A stretch of 64,000 nt of DNA, taken from NCBI RefSeq assembly GCF_009914755.1, contig NC_060928.1; one strand, written 5' to 3'. The first letter of the stretch is position 1; each line of letters opens with the position of its first letter. Positions 1-15,071 of this stretch are shown here, in pieces. The notes beneath the pieces are model-generated. The model saw only the letters and a list, made by a program, of their open reading frames with translations, did no database searches and was not told the origin of the DNA. A program made the translations under genes and the position numbers. The DNA is from the human T2T-CHM13v2.0 reference genome, Homo sapiens.

Positions 1-999
1 AAAAGATTAAAACATCATATGTGTTATACCTAAAGAAATGTTTCATCTGCAGTAGGGCAGGTCTCATTTACAGGGCCAGGCCCAAGGGACCAAGTAGAAC
101 AAAAGGATTAGACCAGCTAAACCATACAGTTCTAATGAGTAAACAACAGGGGCAGTCCTGTCGGTGGAGTGGGTTGGACAGCAGGCAGCAGGCAGAGCTC
201 CAGGACAGAGCAGGTGCAGAGTTCCACTTCAGAGTCGTGCAGCTTTAGGCGCTAGACATGCAGCTTCAGTAAGCAGAGTTCAGGTTTAGCATCCACTCTG
301 ACCTCTTTTAAGAAAATTTATGAAATCTCAAGTAACTAACACACTGAAGGACTTTGTTTAGTAAACAAGGCGCAGCATCAGATTGTGTCCACCTAGAAAG
401 ATGATTTGATACTCGATGACTAATTACTGGACTCCTAGGATCTCCCTGTCAAAGGCCATAATTGGCACAGAAATGGGAGATAAGATTGGACAGGCAGGTG
501 TTAAGTGGTCCCAGCTGCCAGTGGTAGAAGCCAAGTAGATCATTATTCCACAAACATTTACAATTGGCTTTCCATTGCCAAAAATTAACAATAATAAAAT
601 ATCTACACCATTGCCTTGGGGATTTCTACTAGTCTCACTTCACAAACCTACTATTGTTATCCTACCTGATCTCCATTATGGAGCATACATCTCAGAGCTG
701 CTTCATATTCTCTGCCCTCTGGCTCTCTAAGCCTCATGTTTTTGGACTGTTTCTTGCTAACCTAGATCAACTGACTTGGAAGTTGGATCACACTTCATCT
801 TTGCACCAGTTCTTTTTAAACTGACCTCTCACATTTTGGCCCCAACTCTCAAGGCCTCAAATTTGGACCGGAGACCCAAACTCTAACTCCCCCTAGGGAA
901 CAGGTAAAAAAAAAAGTGTCCAGAAAAGGGCACCAAATTTAGAGGCAGAAAAATTTGATTTGAGTCTAAGCTGTGCCACTAACAAGCAATATAGCTTTG

Positions 1000-1197
1000 G
1001 ATAATAACAGCTAACATGGACTGAGCTGTTAATAATTAAATAACATTTAATCCTCACAAAACTCTGAGGTAAATTATATTATTATCTCCAGTTTACAGTT
1101 GAGGAGACTGAGACACAGAGAGGCTAAATATGTCGCCTAAGGTAACGAGGCTAGGATGCAGCAGGATTATTACTTAATGTCAGGCAGTTCAGGCTAC
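1000..1197 (-). mobile_element. MIR SINE fragment
   Basis: tttaatcctcaca...attatctccagtttacagttgaggagactgagacacagagaggctaaat...cctaaggt matches the reverse-complement MIR core; a short + strand MIR head precedes it (~925-1000). Confidence 0.85.
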
Positions 1198-2647
1198 CAA
1201 ACAATAGCAACATGTCTTTATGTCCCTTAATTTCTTTCAGAGATGGAAATGCTTATAAAGCCAGCCTTCTGGGGTGAGGGGTTGTGAGCCTAGAACCCCA
1301 CAGAGTGTTAAAAGTGAAAATGGGATATGGTCTCTGTGCGTCATATATACATAGAGCATTTCTCTTTATTATTGTTTTCTCTTTATCAGTTTTAACTTTT
1401 TCAGTATTTTTACTACCCAGAAATCATGGTTTTGTTATTCTTCCTTTTTCTACCTTTAAAGAAATAGTTTCTTTGTAATAAAAAATTATATATCTTCCTC
1501 CCTAATCACTTGCTTTGGCACATTTAGAGACAGAATTTTACTGTGTCTGATCTTCCCTACATCTTCTGCTGAGGGAATATTCTTTCCTGATTCATAATTT
1601 TATGATCATTCAAAAGAGCAATCTGTTATAACAGGACATCTCATACCACAGCTCTGCTTTAAACCATTATTTAATTTTTCCAGGCTTCTAAAACTTTCAC
1701 TTAATGTCTTTAGCCTTATGCTAATAGTTGTTCTTATTGTATAAATTGCCACCCTCTGTTGACATTTTTCTGGCTGTACACTCCTGCTTTCCAGCATTAG
1801 ACCTTTAAATACAACCTTTGCTGCTTCATCCTCTTCATTTCATTCTTCTCATTGATGGATTTTGTTTTGTTTTGTTTTTGCAGCCCTTTTCACTTTAATG
1901 GATCATTTCCCTCCCACTAGTTTGGAAAAGTAGACCAGTAGAATTCAAAATTACTACTGTAGAGAGATTCCCTAAAGGAACAACTCCTGTTGAGATGAGA
2001 TTTATACAATTTGACAGTTCTCAAAATTGCAAAATAGCCAGTAGCAACCAATGGACCCCAAAATGGACTGAGCATATTCGTGGGAAGAGAGGAGAGAGGA
2101 GCATAAGAGAGGGCAGATCCAAACAGCTTACAAGGATCAGTGTTCTGAGGGAAATGGCAAGTTCAGGGATACAAACGGGGCTAACAGTCTTATAAATTTG
2201 AATCACTATTAGCAGGGGCCAGAAAGATGCCCGAAGACAGAATCACCTATTCTAATGGTTAGGCTCACATTGCACCATAAAAGAATTAGCCTTAGGTTAA
2301 TGTTCTTAACACTCTTTCCTGAATGAATACACCAAATATTCTTACTATTCTAACCTCTACTTTATGTTTTTAATATTACAATATTCTTCCCTTTCTGGAA
2401 TAAACTCTTTTAACTTTTTGCATTTTCACATGAATTCTGGAATCAAACTGTCAACGTTTACCCAATTCTGGCAGAACTAATAACATTGATTCATAATGTT
2501 TTATGTTCTTCAGCAGATAATCACGCACAGCATTTATTCATGGCATGTCTCAACCAAAACTTTTTCTTATATACAACCAAGTATCCATTCAGCTTCTTTC
2601 TCTGTGTTCATCGCTCACAGAGCACCTGTTCACAAGTCCCTCCCTGA

Positions 2648-3010
<363 letters not shown>

Positions 3011-3359
3011 TAGAGAAGTAAGGCAATAGGTGTTTGATGATGATATCGTCCTCTAGCATCTAATCCTCTCCCCTTCTTTCCCTTTAATAAACATTTTTGG
3101 TTAAACTCCTGGCTTCATTTTGCAGGTTATTTCACCTTTTCCCCATGTCAATGAAACAGCTGCCAAAAGATTGTTTAGACAAACCTCAAAAGTCTTTCTG
3201 AACTCAGAAATAAGAACCTCAGAGCCAGAATCATTTCCCCTCTTCAACAACATGATTGTGCTCCTCATTTCTTGAGCTAAAATGCCTGCTCTTAATTCAC
3301 TTTTATCCTTAGCCTTTGACTGAAATTTCAGCATAAGTCAGCATTCTTTCTCCAAGGGA

Positions 3360-3530
3360 GGGAGAGGGAAACATTGGCTTTGGAGTCAGAACAACTTGGA
3401 TTCAAATCCAGCTTTGATATTTAGTAGCTCTGCTTAGTGCAAATAGTTTGATGAGAGGATTTCATGAAATCATATATTTCAAGCTTCTAACACAGTGCCT
3501 GCTGCTTAGGAGTTTCTTGTCAACTGCTAC
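3360..3530 (+). mobile_element. MIR fragment, internally deleted
   Basis: ggctttggagtcaga...ggattcaaatccagct...ttctaacacagtgcctg resemble the MIR head and tail. Confidence 0.7.
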
Positions 3531-5795
3531 CTTTTCCTGTATTTCACTCCAGTGCTCTTTCTTAAAAACATTTATAGAAACTATAATCTCTGTCTTTTTG
3601 TGCACTTTCAACTGTCTATCTTTATTCTTATCCCCATCATCATTCCCTACTGACACACTATAAAATGTTACTATAGAATGTTTTATTAGTGCTTAACGAT
3701 CTTTCTCACATACCCTTAGTTCTAACTTTATGTGCTTTTATCATTTGTTAATAAATATTTGGGTTTTTAACCTTTGTTATTATCTCTGTTCATAATTTGT
3801 TCCTCTTTTTTGGCAGTTGGATATCTTTGTTGACTCTTATGTTTGAAGCATTGGATTCACTTCCCCCAGTGTCCTTAGGACAGCCAATGTCGTCTGGACA
3901 CTGCAGCCCTGCTTGTCAGTCACCTGAACTGACGTTCACTGCCCCTACTGGACTTCTCACTCCCACAGGTACCTCTGCATGTGCTCGTCACCTCCACCAT
4001 GCTGCAGTGTCTCTAGCTCCTGCACCTCACCTACTGAAGCCACGGAGAGGCAAGAGTCACATTCTATTTGAAGCTACTTTGGGAGAATGTGTCTCCTCCC
4101 CTTTACTGAAACAACTCATCTGATGCAACCCACTCCATCCTTCATTGGACATTTATATCATAAACAGTTTTTAGTGAAAACAGCTCTTTCCTTTTTTATT
4201 CTGCATCCAGGAACATATCTCTGAAACAAGTATCAAGACAAACATAAAAGAACCCCATCCCTCTGATGACTGAGGCCGTTGTTGGGTTACCTCATCTGGC
4301 TGACTTTTTCTTCCCTTAGGATGTGCTAGTTCCAAAAAGAATCCTAAATTTATCTTACAAACAAGCACCTGGAAAGCAAATTCCACCAGATTCCCAGTGA
4401 GGCTCAGATACGTCTAAATTAGCTACGACTAAGAATGAGCTTCAGCTAGAACTCCATAACACTGTCAAAGGTACCAAAAAAAAACTATCTTTCTATATTA
4501 TATTTATACACACTGAGTCTAGGAATGTGGCTTTATGTTTTTTTCTTCATAATATACAATTGGAATCCCCTCCCAGTCTATTCTTCTGATAATATATGGG
4601 GAAGATGACTTGACTTTGAATAAATTTTTTCTTTCACATTTTATTTAGGGTCATACACATGTACTTAACTGATCTTATGTCTTCACCAAAATATAAATCT
4701 TCCAAACATGATTGCATTTTTCAGACATTCATACTGTGGTTTGAATACAGAAAATTCTTACCCTTTAAGACGTTTCTCCCTTACTGACCAGGAAAAATTG
4801 CCACAAATCCAGGTCTTTCATGCACAGCACATTTCCCTTTTGGTATTCAGTCTTGTTCCTCGCACCAAGTCACACACTGATGTCTCTGGTCTCAAATCCT
4901 CAAGGTCTCTTAAAGCTCTCTGTGCTCTACAGCCCAGAATTACAGCATGTTCAGATCAGAGGGGACTATACTAATCAGGAAATTCAAACACTTCAGAATG
5001 CACATGAGGAAATTGAGACAAAAAGCTTAAGAGACTTACCCAAGTCCACACAGGTGGAAATACCTTCATCAGCACCATTTTATTTTATTTATTTATTCAC
5101 TGATTCTCAGAAGTGCTATCATATTCTTAAATAATTTGTTGCTATCATAGAAGAGTACTCTTTTTGTTTTTTTTTCAAAATTTTGTTCGCTAGAGTACCC
5201 TCCCCTTACTATAATTTGGTAGTTTGTTTTTTGCTCCAGATGTGGTTAAAGCAAGCACTTTTATAAGGCAAATCTGGTAACTGACATCAAAGCATTACAA
5301 AGCCAAACATTAAGGAGCCTTAAGGAACCTTGAGGGAAGACACAAATATTTCTCCCACTTGGCTCCACCCTATCTGGCTAGAATTCTAAGGCAGTGATAC
5401 AAGAAGTGAGTCTTCTCATCTTTCTATTAGGATGAGACTAGGAATCCAGGTTGATGTATAAGAGATGTAAAATGTTTCTCATCCTTCACCACTAAGAAAT
5501 ACCACTGAAATCCACAATCTCTTCCAATTTTCCAGTTCTTTCACTACACAAATGAAACAAAGCAGTAAGAGTTCCACTAAAAACTATTTAGAGTTATCCA
5601 TATTACCATTTTCTTCCTTTATACACATAGTTGTAGACTTATTTATATGAAGACTTGATTTTCATAATAATACTTTTCATTTGTAAAAACCGTTTGTTAA
5701 ATAAATTTATTAAATTGAAAGTCACACTCTTTATTATCATTTAATACATAGTTGGGAACTTGAGAAAAGCATGATCATGGTATTAAAGTAAGATG

Positions 5796-5943
5796 AGGAC
5801 AGAGACCCCAAATCTTGTCCTTGTTTCATTAAAACCAACTATTTCTATTTAGTTGACACGTGATTAAACAAAAACAAGGACAGAGATCTCAAAATCACAC
5901 CTTAATTATTTGTTTCATTAGAACCAATTATTTCTATTTATTT
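5796..5943. repeat. Diverged tandem duplication, ~81-bp period
   Basis: aggacagaga...ttgtttcatta(a/g)aaccaa(c/t)tatttctattta begins at 5796 and again at 5877. Confidence 0.8.
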
Positions 5944-7149
5944 GTTTATCCCAAGTTTATTTATTGTCAATCAACCTATGTTATTCAAGGACTATGTGAA
6001 AATTCATGCTGATAAAAGACATGCATTCACAGTTTTCAAATCAAGGACTTTGCTGGGTTTCTGAATCAAGAATTACTGCATGGCAATTCTGACTTGATAT
6101 AGTTAGCACATCATTGTTATATATTCACCCAAGCATCACCTACTTCACTGTTAGCTAAAAGAGAACAGAAAAAAATTAACATATTCAGAGCATGCCATAA
6201 AATAAAGACAGGATCATCCTTTCTTCTGCTCTAACACTGAAGAAAAACTACCAAGAGTGACGGAAAGAACAGTGCCACGCATGCCATCACTAAGCTAGAA
6301 AGTTGTTCAAAGCCAAATCCCAGATGCGGACTAAATAAGCTCAACTTTTTAGTTGATTCTAACAGTATGAGGAAGGAAGTAAATATTTGTATTCATCCAG
6401 TGACACTGAGTTCTGATTTTAGCAAATCATACATTTACCGTTCCTGCCATTGAATCATGGGTCTCCAGAACAAAGTATGGAATCATTATAAAGAGTCTTT
6501 TAAATCATTTAAAAATCAAGGACTTCAACTTTATCCAAGTGAGCACAGTACTCCTGATTATTTATTCTGAGAGTTGAACTTCTTTGGAAAATAGGTTATA
6601 TGAGGTAATACACACACAGCAAAGTTCACTTAAAAACGCAGCAGGTGTAAGTCTAGTTAAAAAATGCAGCTTTTTAAAAATCAAACACTTAAACATCTTC
6701 AAAAATCTAGACATTATTTAATATAAGCAAAAACAAGCAAATGCTTAACTCATATTAGGTAGCCTGTAGATTGGAAGATGGCATAACATAATGGAATGAG
6801 CTGCAAGTTCAGCATTTATAAACTATCTCCATAGTAATTAATTTTGTCACTGTGAGCAATTCAAATAATCTTATAAATTGGTAGAGAACCCTGAAATTCA
6901 GCAGTATTAAAAAAAAAAACAATAGCTTGATTGAATCTAGCTGACAAGTGGAATCAATGAAAATAGTTACAAGATAATTTAAGAAATTGTGGCAGATATA
7001 GTAACCCAGAATCCAGAAGATGGAAGCACAGGGGTAAACAAGCAATAAACCTCTAAGTAATGAGTTAGAAAGCAGAAGAAGAGAGGTTCTCTGAATTCCT
7101 TTGAGCTTTGCTATTTGTCATGTGGTTCATGACAAATGGACATCATATG

Positions 7150-9380
7150 CTGTAGGCCCAGATGGTTTCACTAGTAAAATCTATCAAACACTTAAGGAAG
7201 AAATAATACCAATTCTGCATGTTGTCAAGGACAGACAGAAAATAAAGAAAAATGTAGGACATTCCAAGTAATTTGAAGAGGCAACATCACCCTGACCAAA
7301 ATCAGGCAAAGACAAAGAAATTACAAGAAAACTACTGACCACTATGCATTGTAATCATGAACAAACATACAAAAAGAACTCAACAAAATATTAGCAAATC
7401 AAATTCAGCAACATATAAAAATAATAATCCATCATGACTGGAGTAATAAGACGTAATGACCCATATAAACATCATGGAGTTTAAATGGGGAAAGCAAGGT
7501 TGGTTCAATATTTTGAAAATATATCAATGTCATTATCACATGAACAGACTAAAAAATGATCTCAACAGAGGCAGAAAAATTATTTTTACAAAATACAGCA
7601 TTTATTCGTGATTAAAACTCTACGAAAATTAGGCATAAAAGAGTACGTTTTGAACTTGATAAAGGGCATCTGCATAAAACCTGAGCTGAAGTCAGACTTA
7701 ATGGGAAAAGTTAAATCTTTCTCCTTAAGATTAAAAACAAGGCAAAAATGTCCTCTCCTCCCATCCGTAACCAATATCATACTATAGGTCCTAGCTAGAA
7801 TAATAGACCAAACAAAAGAATAAAAGGAATATATTATAAAAATAAATAAAATTTTCTCCATTCTTAGAAAACATGATTATCTATGTAGAATTTCACAAAG
7901 TTTACCCAAAAAAGCTACTAGATGTAAGAAGTCTATTTAGCAAGACTGTAGGATACAAGATCAATATAAAAATAAAAACTATGTATCTACATGCTAGCAA
8001 TGAACCATTTGAAATTATAATTTTAAAAGTTCCATTTACAATAGCAATATAAAATATAAAATACTTAGATATAAATATAACATACAAAATTTGTAAGCTA
8101 AAAACTATAAAAGTTTAATGAAAGGGCAAAATTGAAAGACTTATGCATACTACCTGATTTTAAGATTTATTATAAAGCTACAATAATAGTAACAATGTGG
8201 TCTTTGCAAATAAATAGACACATAGATCAATTAATTAGAACAGAGGGTCCAGAAACAGGCCCACCCAAATGTCAGCCGATTTTTTGTAATGTCCCAAGAA
8301 ATTCAGTGGAAAGATGGTAACCTTATTGAAAAGTTGTGCTGGACCTAAATGTAAACCCTAGAAGAAAACATTGGAGAAAATCTTTGCAATCTTGTGTTTC
8401 ACAAAATTTTTTTAGAAGACTGAAAATACAAATTATAGAAGAAAATTAATAAATTGGACTTCTTCAAATTTGAAAGCTTCTACTATTCTAAATATAACTA
8501 TAAGAAAATTAAGAAACAAACCACAGACTGCAAAAATATTTGCAAAACACATTTCTGAGAAGGACAGGTATCCAGAATATTTTTTTAACTCTCACGACTC
8601 AGTAGTAAGAAAACTTATAATTCAGTAAAGAATATTTTAACAGATACTTCAACAAAGAAGATACAGAGGTATAAGATAAGCACGTAGGCAATCCACATAC
8701 TAATAATTTTAAAATTGCAAATTACAATCACAATAGGACACCAATATACAACTATTATCATGGCTAATTTAAAAAAAAAAAGTAGCAGGTACCGTCAAGA
8801 ATGAAGAGAAATTGGGACTCTTATACTTTGCTGGTATGAATGCAAAAATGATACAACCACTTTGAAAAGCAGTTTGATAATTTCTTATAAAATTAAACAC
8901 ACACATACCATGTGACCAGAAATACCACTCCTAAGCACTTACCCAAGGGAAGTGCAGACATATGTCCTTGAAGTCAATAAAAAATGTGTATACAAATAAT
9001 ATTTTGTTTATAATTGCTAAAACAATTTTGCTGGAAACAACCCAAATAACCATCAACTGGTGAATAAACTGTAGTATGTTCATGTAATGAAATACTACTC
9101 GCTAATAAATAGAACAAACTACTGATACATGCAACAACATGGATAAATCTCAAATGCAACATGCAGAGTCAAAGAAAACTGACTCAAAAGGACACATACT
9201 ATATGATTCCATTCCTATGACATTCTGAAAAAGGCAAAACCATCGCAACTGAAAACAAATCAGTAGATGCCAAAACACAAGGTAGGGGTGAGAAGGGGTG
9301 ACTACAAATGAGCTTGAGAGAATTTTCAGGAGTGATTGAAATATTCTATGTCTTGATGGTGGTAGTGGCTACATGACTCA
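7150..9380 (+). mobile_element. Old L1 (L1MD/L1ME-type): decayed ORF2 plus 3' region
   Basis: ggcccagatggtttcactagtaaaatctatcaaacacttaaggaag (GPDGFT region), caaggttggttcaat, tacctgattttaagatttattataaagctaca, 3' part aatattctatgtcttgat. Confidence 0.88.
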
Positions 9381-10966
9381 TGGTTAGACCAGAACATCTT
9401 CTTATGCCAGAAAGGAAGTATCAATCAATTACAAAGATCCATCAGAAGGACTCAGAAGCCAGCTTCAAGAGGTTTCCATTGGTCAAATCTGGAACATTCT
9501 GAGTATTGCAATTAATTAGATCATAGCCCATTGATTATAATAGGAATCTAAAGCTCATACCGAAGAAAGGAGAAGAAAGTGGGAAAAAAAGAGAGAATGC
9601 TCTACTTTCTATCAAATTCCATCTAATAATTATAGAAGGAATGGTAGAATTTAAAAAAATCACCATTTGGCAACCATCTTATAATAACTAATTCAGACTA
9701 AAATCAACATCTAAAACATGTGAAAACTTTAGTCACTAAAATATATCACATAAAACAGGGACCCCAACACAGTGTCCCCATTCTGTTAGGAACCAGGCTG
9801 CACAGGAGGTGAGCAGAAGGTGAGTGAGTACTACCACCTGAGCTCTGCCTCCTGTCAGATCAGCGATGATATTAGATTCTCATAGGAGCTCAAACTCTAT
9901 TGTGAACTGCGCATGCGAGGGATCTAGATTGCATGCTCCTTATGAGAATCTAACTAATGCCTCATGATCCAAGGTGGAACAGTTTCATCCTGAAACCATC
10001 CCCTCTCTACATCCATGGAAAAATTGTCTTCCACAAAACCAGTCCCTGGTGCCAAAAATGTTGGGGACCGCTGATCTAAAAGACTACTACTGGGTGAAAG
10101 TTTTATAAGAAACAAAATATTTAATCAGGCTCAAAGTATCACCCACAAAACTCATATTAATTATTTTTAATAAGTACAAAAAAATTGGTTAATGAACTAT
10201 AGAGTAGAAAAACCAAGTTGACACTAAGTTAACATGACTAGCAATGACACAAATGGAAATAATGCGTTTCCTAGTACAACACACTGTGAAGAAAACAGCA
10301 TCCCTTCTGTAATATATCTGCCAAAAATTTATATTCTGAATCATAGCATGAGGAAACATTAGACAAAGCCAAACTGAAGGGCATTTTACAAAATAATTGA
10401 CTTGTACAGTTTTAAAATATCTACATGAAGAAGCAAAGAAAGGCTGAAGAGTCACTACAGATTGAAGGACAATGAAGATACATGGCTATCGAATGAAACT
10501 CTTGATCCTGGTTTCTGGACCAAAAGGGAAAGAGAGGAAAATAAAAGTTTTGTTTTTGTTTTTTCCCTGTATGTTTTTTTTTCTCCTTCTTCTTCTCCTT
10601 TTTGTCTGTTTCTACAAAGGACATTATTGGAACAAATACTGAAATTTTCATGGGGTTTGTGAGTTATATGTTAATATTGTATCAATGTTAATTTTCTGAT
10701 TTTGAGATACATACATTATGGATGAATAGGAAGTACACACTGCTTTATTTAGGAGTAACAGGGCATCACACATGCAACGTATTTGCAAATGGAAATTAAC
10801 AATAAACATTAGAAATGGAAGATACATGGTAAATAGGTAAAAAGAAAAAGCAAATGTGCTAAATATGTTAATAGTTGCAGAATTAGGATGAAGGTTGAAC
10901 AAGATTTCTGTGTACTGTCCTTGCAACTTTTCTGTAAGTTTGAAAGTATTTCAAAATAAAAGGTTT
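9381..10966 (+). mobile_element. L1MC4-like 3' UTR, interrupted by MER1B
   Basis: aatcaccatttggcaaccatc, catgaggaaacattagacaaagccaaactgaagggcattttacaaaataa, terminal ttgcaacttttctgtaagtttgaaagtatttcaaaataaaag. Confidence 0.85.
9756..10073 (+). mobile_element. MER1B (hAT-Charlie MITE)
   Basis: TIRs cagggaccccaac / gttggggaccgctg; internal ttagattctcataggagc...gctccttatgagaatctaa; degenerate 8-bp TSD acataaaa / atctaaaa. Confidence 0.92.
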
Positions 10967-13399
10967 ATAAGGCAACAGTATTATATTCCCCCTCTCTTCC
11001 TTTTTTTTAATGTCTCGAATTCCACAGAAATATAAATGACCAGTTAGAAGTATTCATTACTGTATTCTTCCTTTATATTTTCCTATAGTTTTTCAAATTT
11101 TAAATGGGTTAAACATTGCAATGTTAGGCAAAAAAAAATCATTTTTATGAAAGCCATGAAGATTGTACAATCATGTTTTTTCATTTATGTGATCATTACA
11201 GTCTCTTTAGCTTGGTCACAGTTCAGAGTTGTAAATACATACGGCCTTGTGACTCTCTCATAAAATCTATTTAGTAAGGTTTTCCTTGAATAAAATGTAC
11301 TCTGAAGAAAGTATTTTGACCTGACACCATAGAGCACTGGAATAAAAAATACTTTTCTGGTGAAATATTTCAAAACCCACAGTCATTTAGTGATAGATAT
11401 GTGTATACTTGAACTAAAAGTATGAGCCTAGTTTGTATGAGGTTTGTGGGTATATAATTACTAGTATTAAATTATGTGTTCCATGTTGACTTACCATCAT
11501 ATTTATTATTGCTGTTAAAAATGCTGACTGCAATAGGTGACATGGTCTTCTTATAATACATAGCCTTTATCTAAAATAAAGCACTCTTATTTTCTCTTTC
11601 CATGACCTTTGTGAAAGAGGTCTAATAAACTTTATAGACTTTTCAGTTGTGGATACATGTTGAGAAGGAAACCTCAGTACTGATTTCTTCTAAAATGAAC
11701 ATAGAGACAGAAGGTTGCAATGTGATTTTAAATCCACAGAAACTAATTAAAGAGGAACAAATATTGGTCTAGCTATAAAATTCAAAGTGTTGCTTTATTC
11801 TGAATTACTGGACATACCCACAACTGGTACAATAAATGACAAAAAATAGAAGAAATTGAGAAAGTTAAGTTGTTTTTTAACTTTTGTTGTTTTGCATTTT
11901 CCTTTGTTGTTGTTTAGTTTACCAGATCCATTCAAGTGTGAAACTTCTCACACGATAGGCAATAAATATAAAATATCAATGTTCACAATGTAGAAAGAGA
12001 TGAGCTATGCTTGTAGATGCCCTCCTTTATACTCAGTCACAGACTGTCAGGCAAATGGTGTGTACAATCTTAGAGAGAGAGAGGGAGTTGCAGATCACAC
12101 TGAGCATTTTCCAATGCCAGTCAGACCTGCAGCAGGCCATCGTCCCCCCACAACCACCACATTGTCACCTCTACAAAGGCCGTGATGTGCCTTTTAAAGA
12201 ACAAGATAGACATTGGGTAGTTTTGGGGGAAATTATTTCAACATATATTCTAATTTTGCTTTTGTTCCCTAAGTAAACCTATGAATAAGTGAGGCTATGT
12301 CACTTACCTTCCTTTGCTCTTCAGTCCACAAGAGTAAAAAAAAATTTGAAAGGCAACGTGTACTTGAGAAGGCATCAACAATCAGACCAACAGGCAGAAC
12401 AATCCCTAGTGAGTTTGTAGAAAGAGGAATTATACATTTCCACAATAAGATTAAAACCTTTCAGTCAACAGAATGTTGCTCAAAGGCCAGCAAGCACAAT
12501 CTTTTTTATTTCCAGTCTAGCCTGAAGCAGGCCTCTGTGAGTACCTAGGCTGTATTTCATGAAGGAGCCCTTGCCATCCATTACAAACTGAGTTTTCATT
12601 CATTTGGAAAATATGTCAACTTTCTAACTGCAAATCAAAAGAAAAGGCATAGTCATAACAGAGAGGGGGGATATGTGTCTTACTTAAAATTTTTAAAAAA
12701 TTAAAAGCAATGCCTCATCTCCCAGGACCCTGTCAGACCAATCAATGTTACTGGGCAATAATCAGCCTCAATGCACACAGTTTTAAATAAAATCTTGCTC
12801 TAAGAATGAGTTTTCAGAGTACTGCCTATTCCATGAACTGATGCATTCAAAGACCACATGCTCTATTTAAAAACACAATCCAAACTCCTACTACCATTTC
12901 CAATTTCACTGTATACAGAGATAATGTGCACTGGAGTAAAGGGACAGAATGACAAATTCTAGTTTTTAGCAAAATAAGTAAAACAATAATTAATTTTTAT
13001 CATCTGGTTTCAGTTTCCTGATAGCACAAGTAACTGCCTGTATTTTAACCATCTAACACAACTTTCTGTACCAAAATTTTAAAAAGTTCCATATCCTGAG
13101 TTTTATTTCTCTGTGCCGTGATAAACTATGTAGTCCTTAAAACCTAGATGGCACTGCTGTGAACTGATCCAAGCCAATTTGGTTTTGTACAACTCTTTGT
13201 TGTAAAAACTGGAAGTCAGCAAAGGCACTGATGGTTAGCTATTCCCCACAACTTAATTGGTTCTAACTGAAACAAGTTTCAAACCCGATTTTACCCGATA
13301 TATGGGCATTGGTTTAATAAACAGGCACAAGAGTTCCTTCACAAACTCAGTGAAGTCTCAGCTCTGTCCTTTCCAATGTCCTTGCATGAAAAGTTAATG

Positions 13400-13586
13400 C
13401 AGCCAATTCTGGCTGATTTACATGGCCCAGTGCAAAACAAAAACATGGGGCTCCTTGTTTCAAATTATTAAGAATTTCAAGAATGCAACAACAAAGCATT
13501 AAACCAAGCACAGATCCCTTGATTAAAAAGGATCCCTTTAAACCAAAGACACCTTGGTTCATATGGGCATATGAAGCCAGCCCTCC
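13400..13586. mobile_element. MER91A-like (hAT-Tip100) MITE
   Basis: ggcccagtgcaaaac...ccttgtttcaaattattaagaatttcaaga...gcattaaaccaagc...atgaagccagccct. Confidence 0.75.
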
Positions 13587-14579
13587 TCTCAGCAGAGACA
13601 TGAGAATACAAAGGCCAGATTCTGTTCCCTTATAGTCAGAATCAGAGTCAGGCAACAACAACTTGCCTAAATCAGTGACTGGAGAAAGAACTGAAATCCA
13701 GCCTGAGGTTCCATCCCTCACTGTAAAAACTTCCAGTATCACTAGATTATTATATCCTATTAGGACAAGTATGAGAAATATTTCTAAAACATTTTAGCCA
13801 ATCCATATATACTAATTACCTTTAATGTTATCACTGACAATCTACTTCTAAGATTCATCTTGTTGTTATCAAGCCACTATGTACAAGGAAAACCCCATTT
13901 CTGATATTTAATATGCTCATTAGCAAAGTCAAAGTCAGATATTCATACAAATTACTGAAGCACTTAAAATACCCACCGCTGGGTAATAGAATTCTCACTT
14001 AAAATATAGAAAATAATCCCCAAACAGAGCCTTCCTGATTAGGGCATCAGACTGTCTTTAGAGCGAGGCTTAACCTAACTGGTACATACACAGTCACTCT
14101 GTCTAGAAGCCTGCATACATCACAGCCATCACGAAAAACAATGACTTCCAAAGCACATGGGCTGCAAAGAAAAGCAGATACTAGAAGGCCTTTAACTCAA
14201 ACTGACAATTCCCAAACAGGTAAGTGTTTCTGTCTTTTCCAGTCCTATCAGAATAAAGTTTGGCATATCTGTCAAAACATCACACCAGCTGTTAGGATGC
14301 AGTTGTGGGAAGAGGAAGAAAGTACCAAGGAAAGAATGGGAGGGAAGATTCTTTTTAAGCTTATTTTCTGATTGGATTAAACATACCCTCTTACCTTCAA
14401 AAAATTTATAGAAGATGAATGAAACTTCTTGTCATTTTAGAGTTAATATTCAACATTTAATTTAATCGAGAGTGCTTTGTTTCTAACTATTAGTAGTCAC
14501 AGGAAAGACAAATGTGAATATGTAACCTGTCTGAAATCTCACCTCTAGTCAAGAGCTGCCAAATAACAGTGATAATTCA

Positions 14580-14715
14580 GAGGAAAGGGACAGGGGGAAA
14601 GGAGATGGAGGAAGGAAATAGAAGAGGGAATAGGTAAAGAAGTTCTAGGAAAAGGGATAAAGGAGAAAAAGGGGAAGGAAAGAGAGGAAGGAGAAGAGAA
14701 TAGCTAAGAGTGGGA
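14580..14715. repeat. GA-rich low-complexity tract
   Basis: ~130 bp of mostly purines on the + strand. Confidence 0.8.
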
Positions 14716-15071
14716 GATGTTCTTTAAGAACTCAGAAAAAAAATTAAAATTTCTTAAATTGAGAAGCAAGCATAACATTAGCTATTAAATTAAGACTAGA
14801 ATAAGAGAAACATATAGTCAATAAAACTTCAGCGAATAATCTTGCTCCTCTTTGAAATGTCCTTCATTAAAGAAAACTTTCCCATTCTTCCCCCTATTTC
14901 TATCTCTGCCCCAATTTGTGTTTGAATCTGACAGATTTGGGAATCTGACATTGGGCTATCACTGTAAGTATAACCTACTCACATTTTTTAACTCCAAAAG
15001 CTATTGTTGCTAGAATCCCTAAAGGTAGCTTTCCTGTGGGCCCTAATACACATTCAAAATTAGAATAACCT

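Noticed and set aside
14141-14371. Perfect + strand donor cag|gtaagt at 14219 and a 76-aa ORF
   Set aside because: One such 9-mer is plausible by chance in 64 kb; no convincing acceptor or protein similarity
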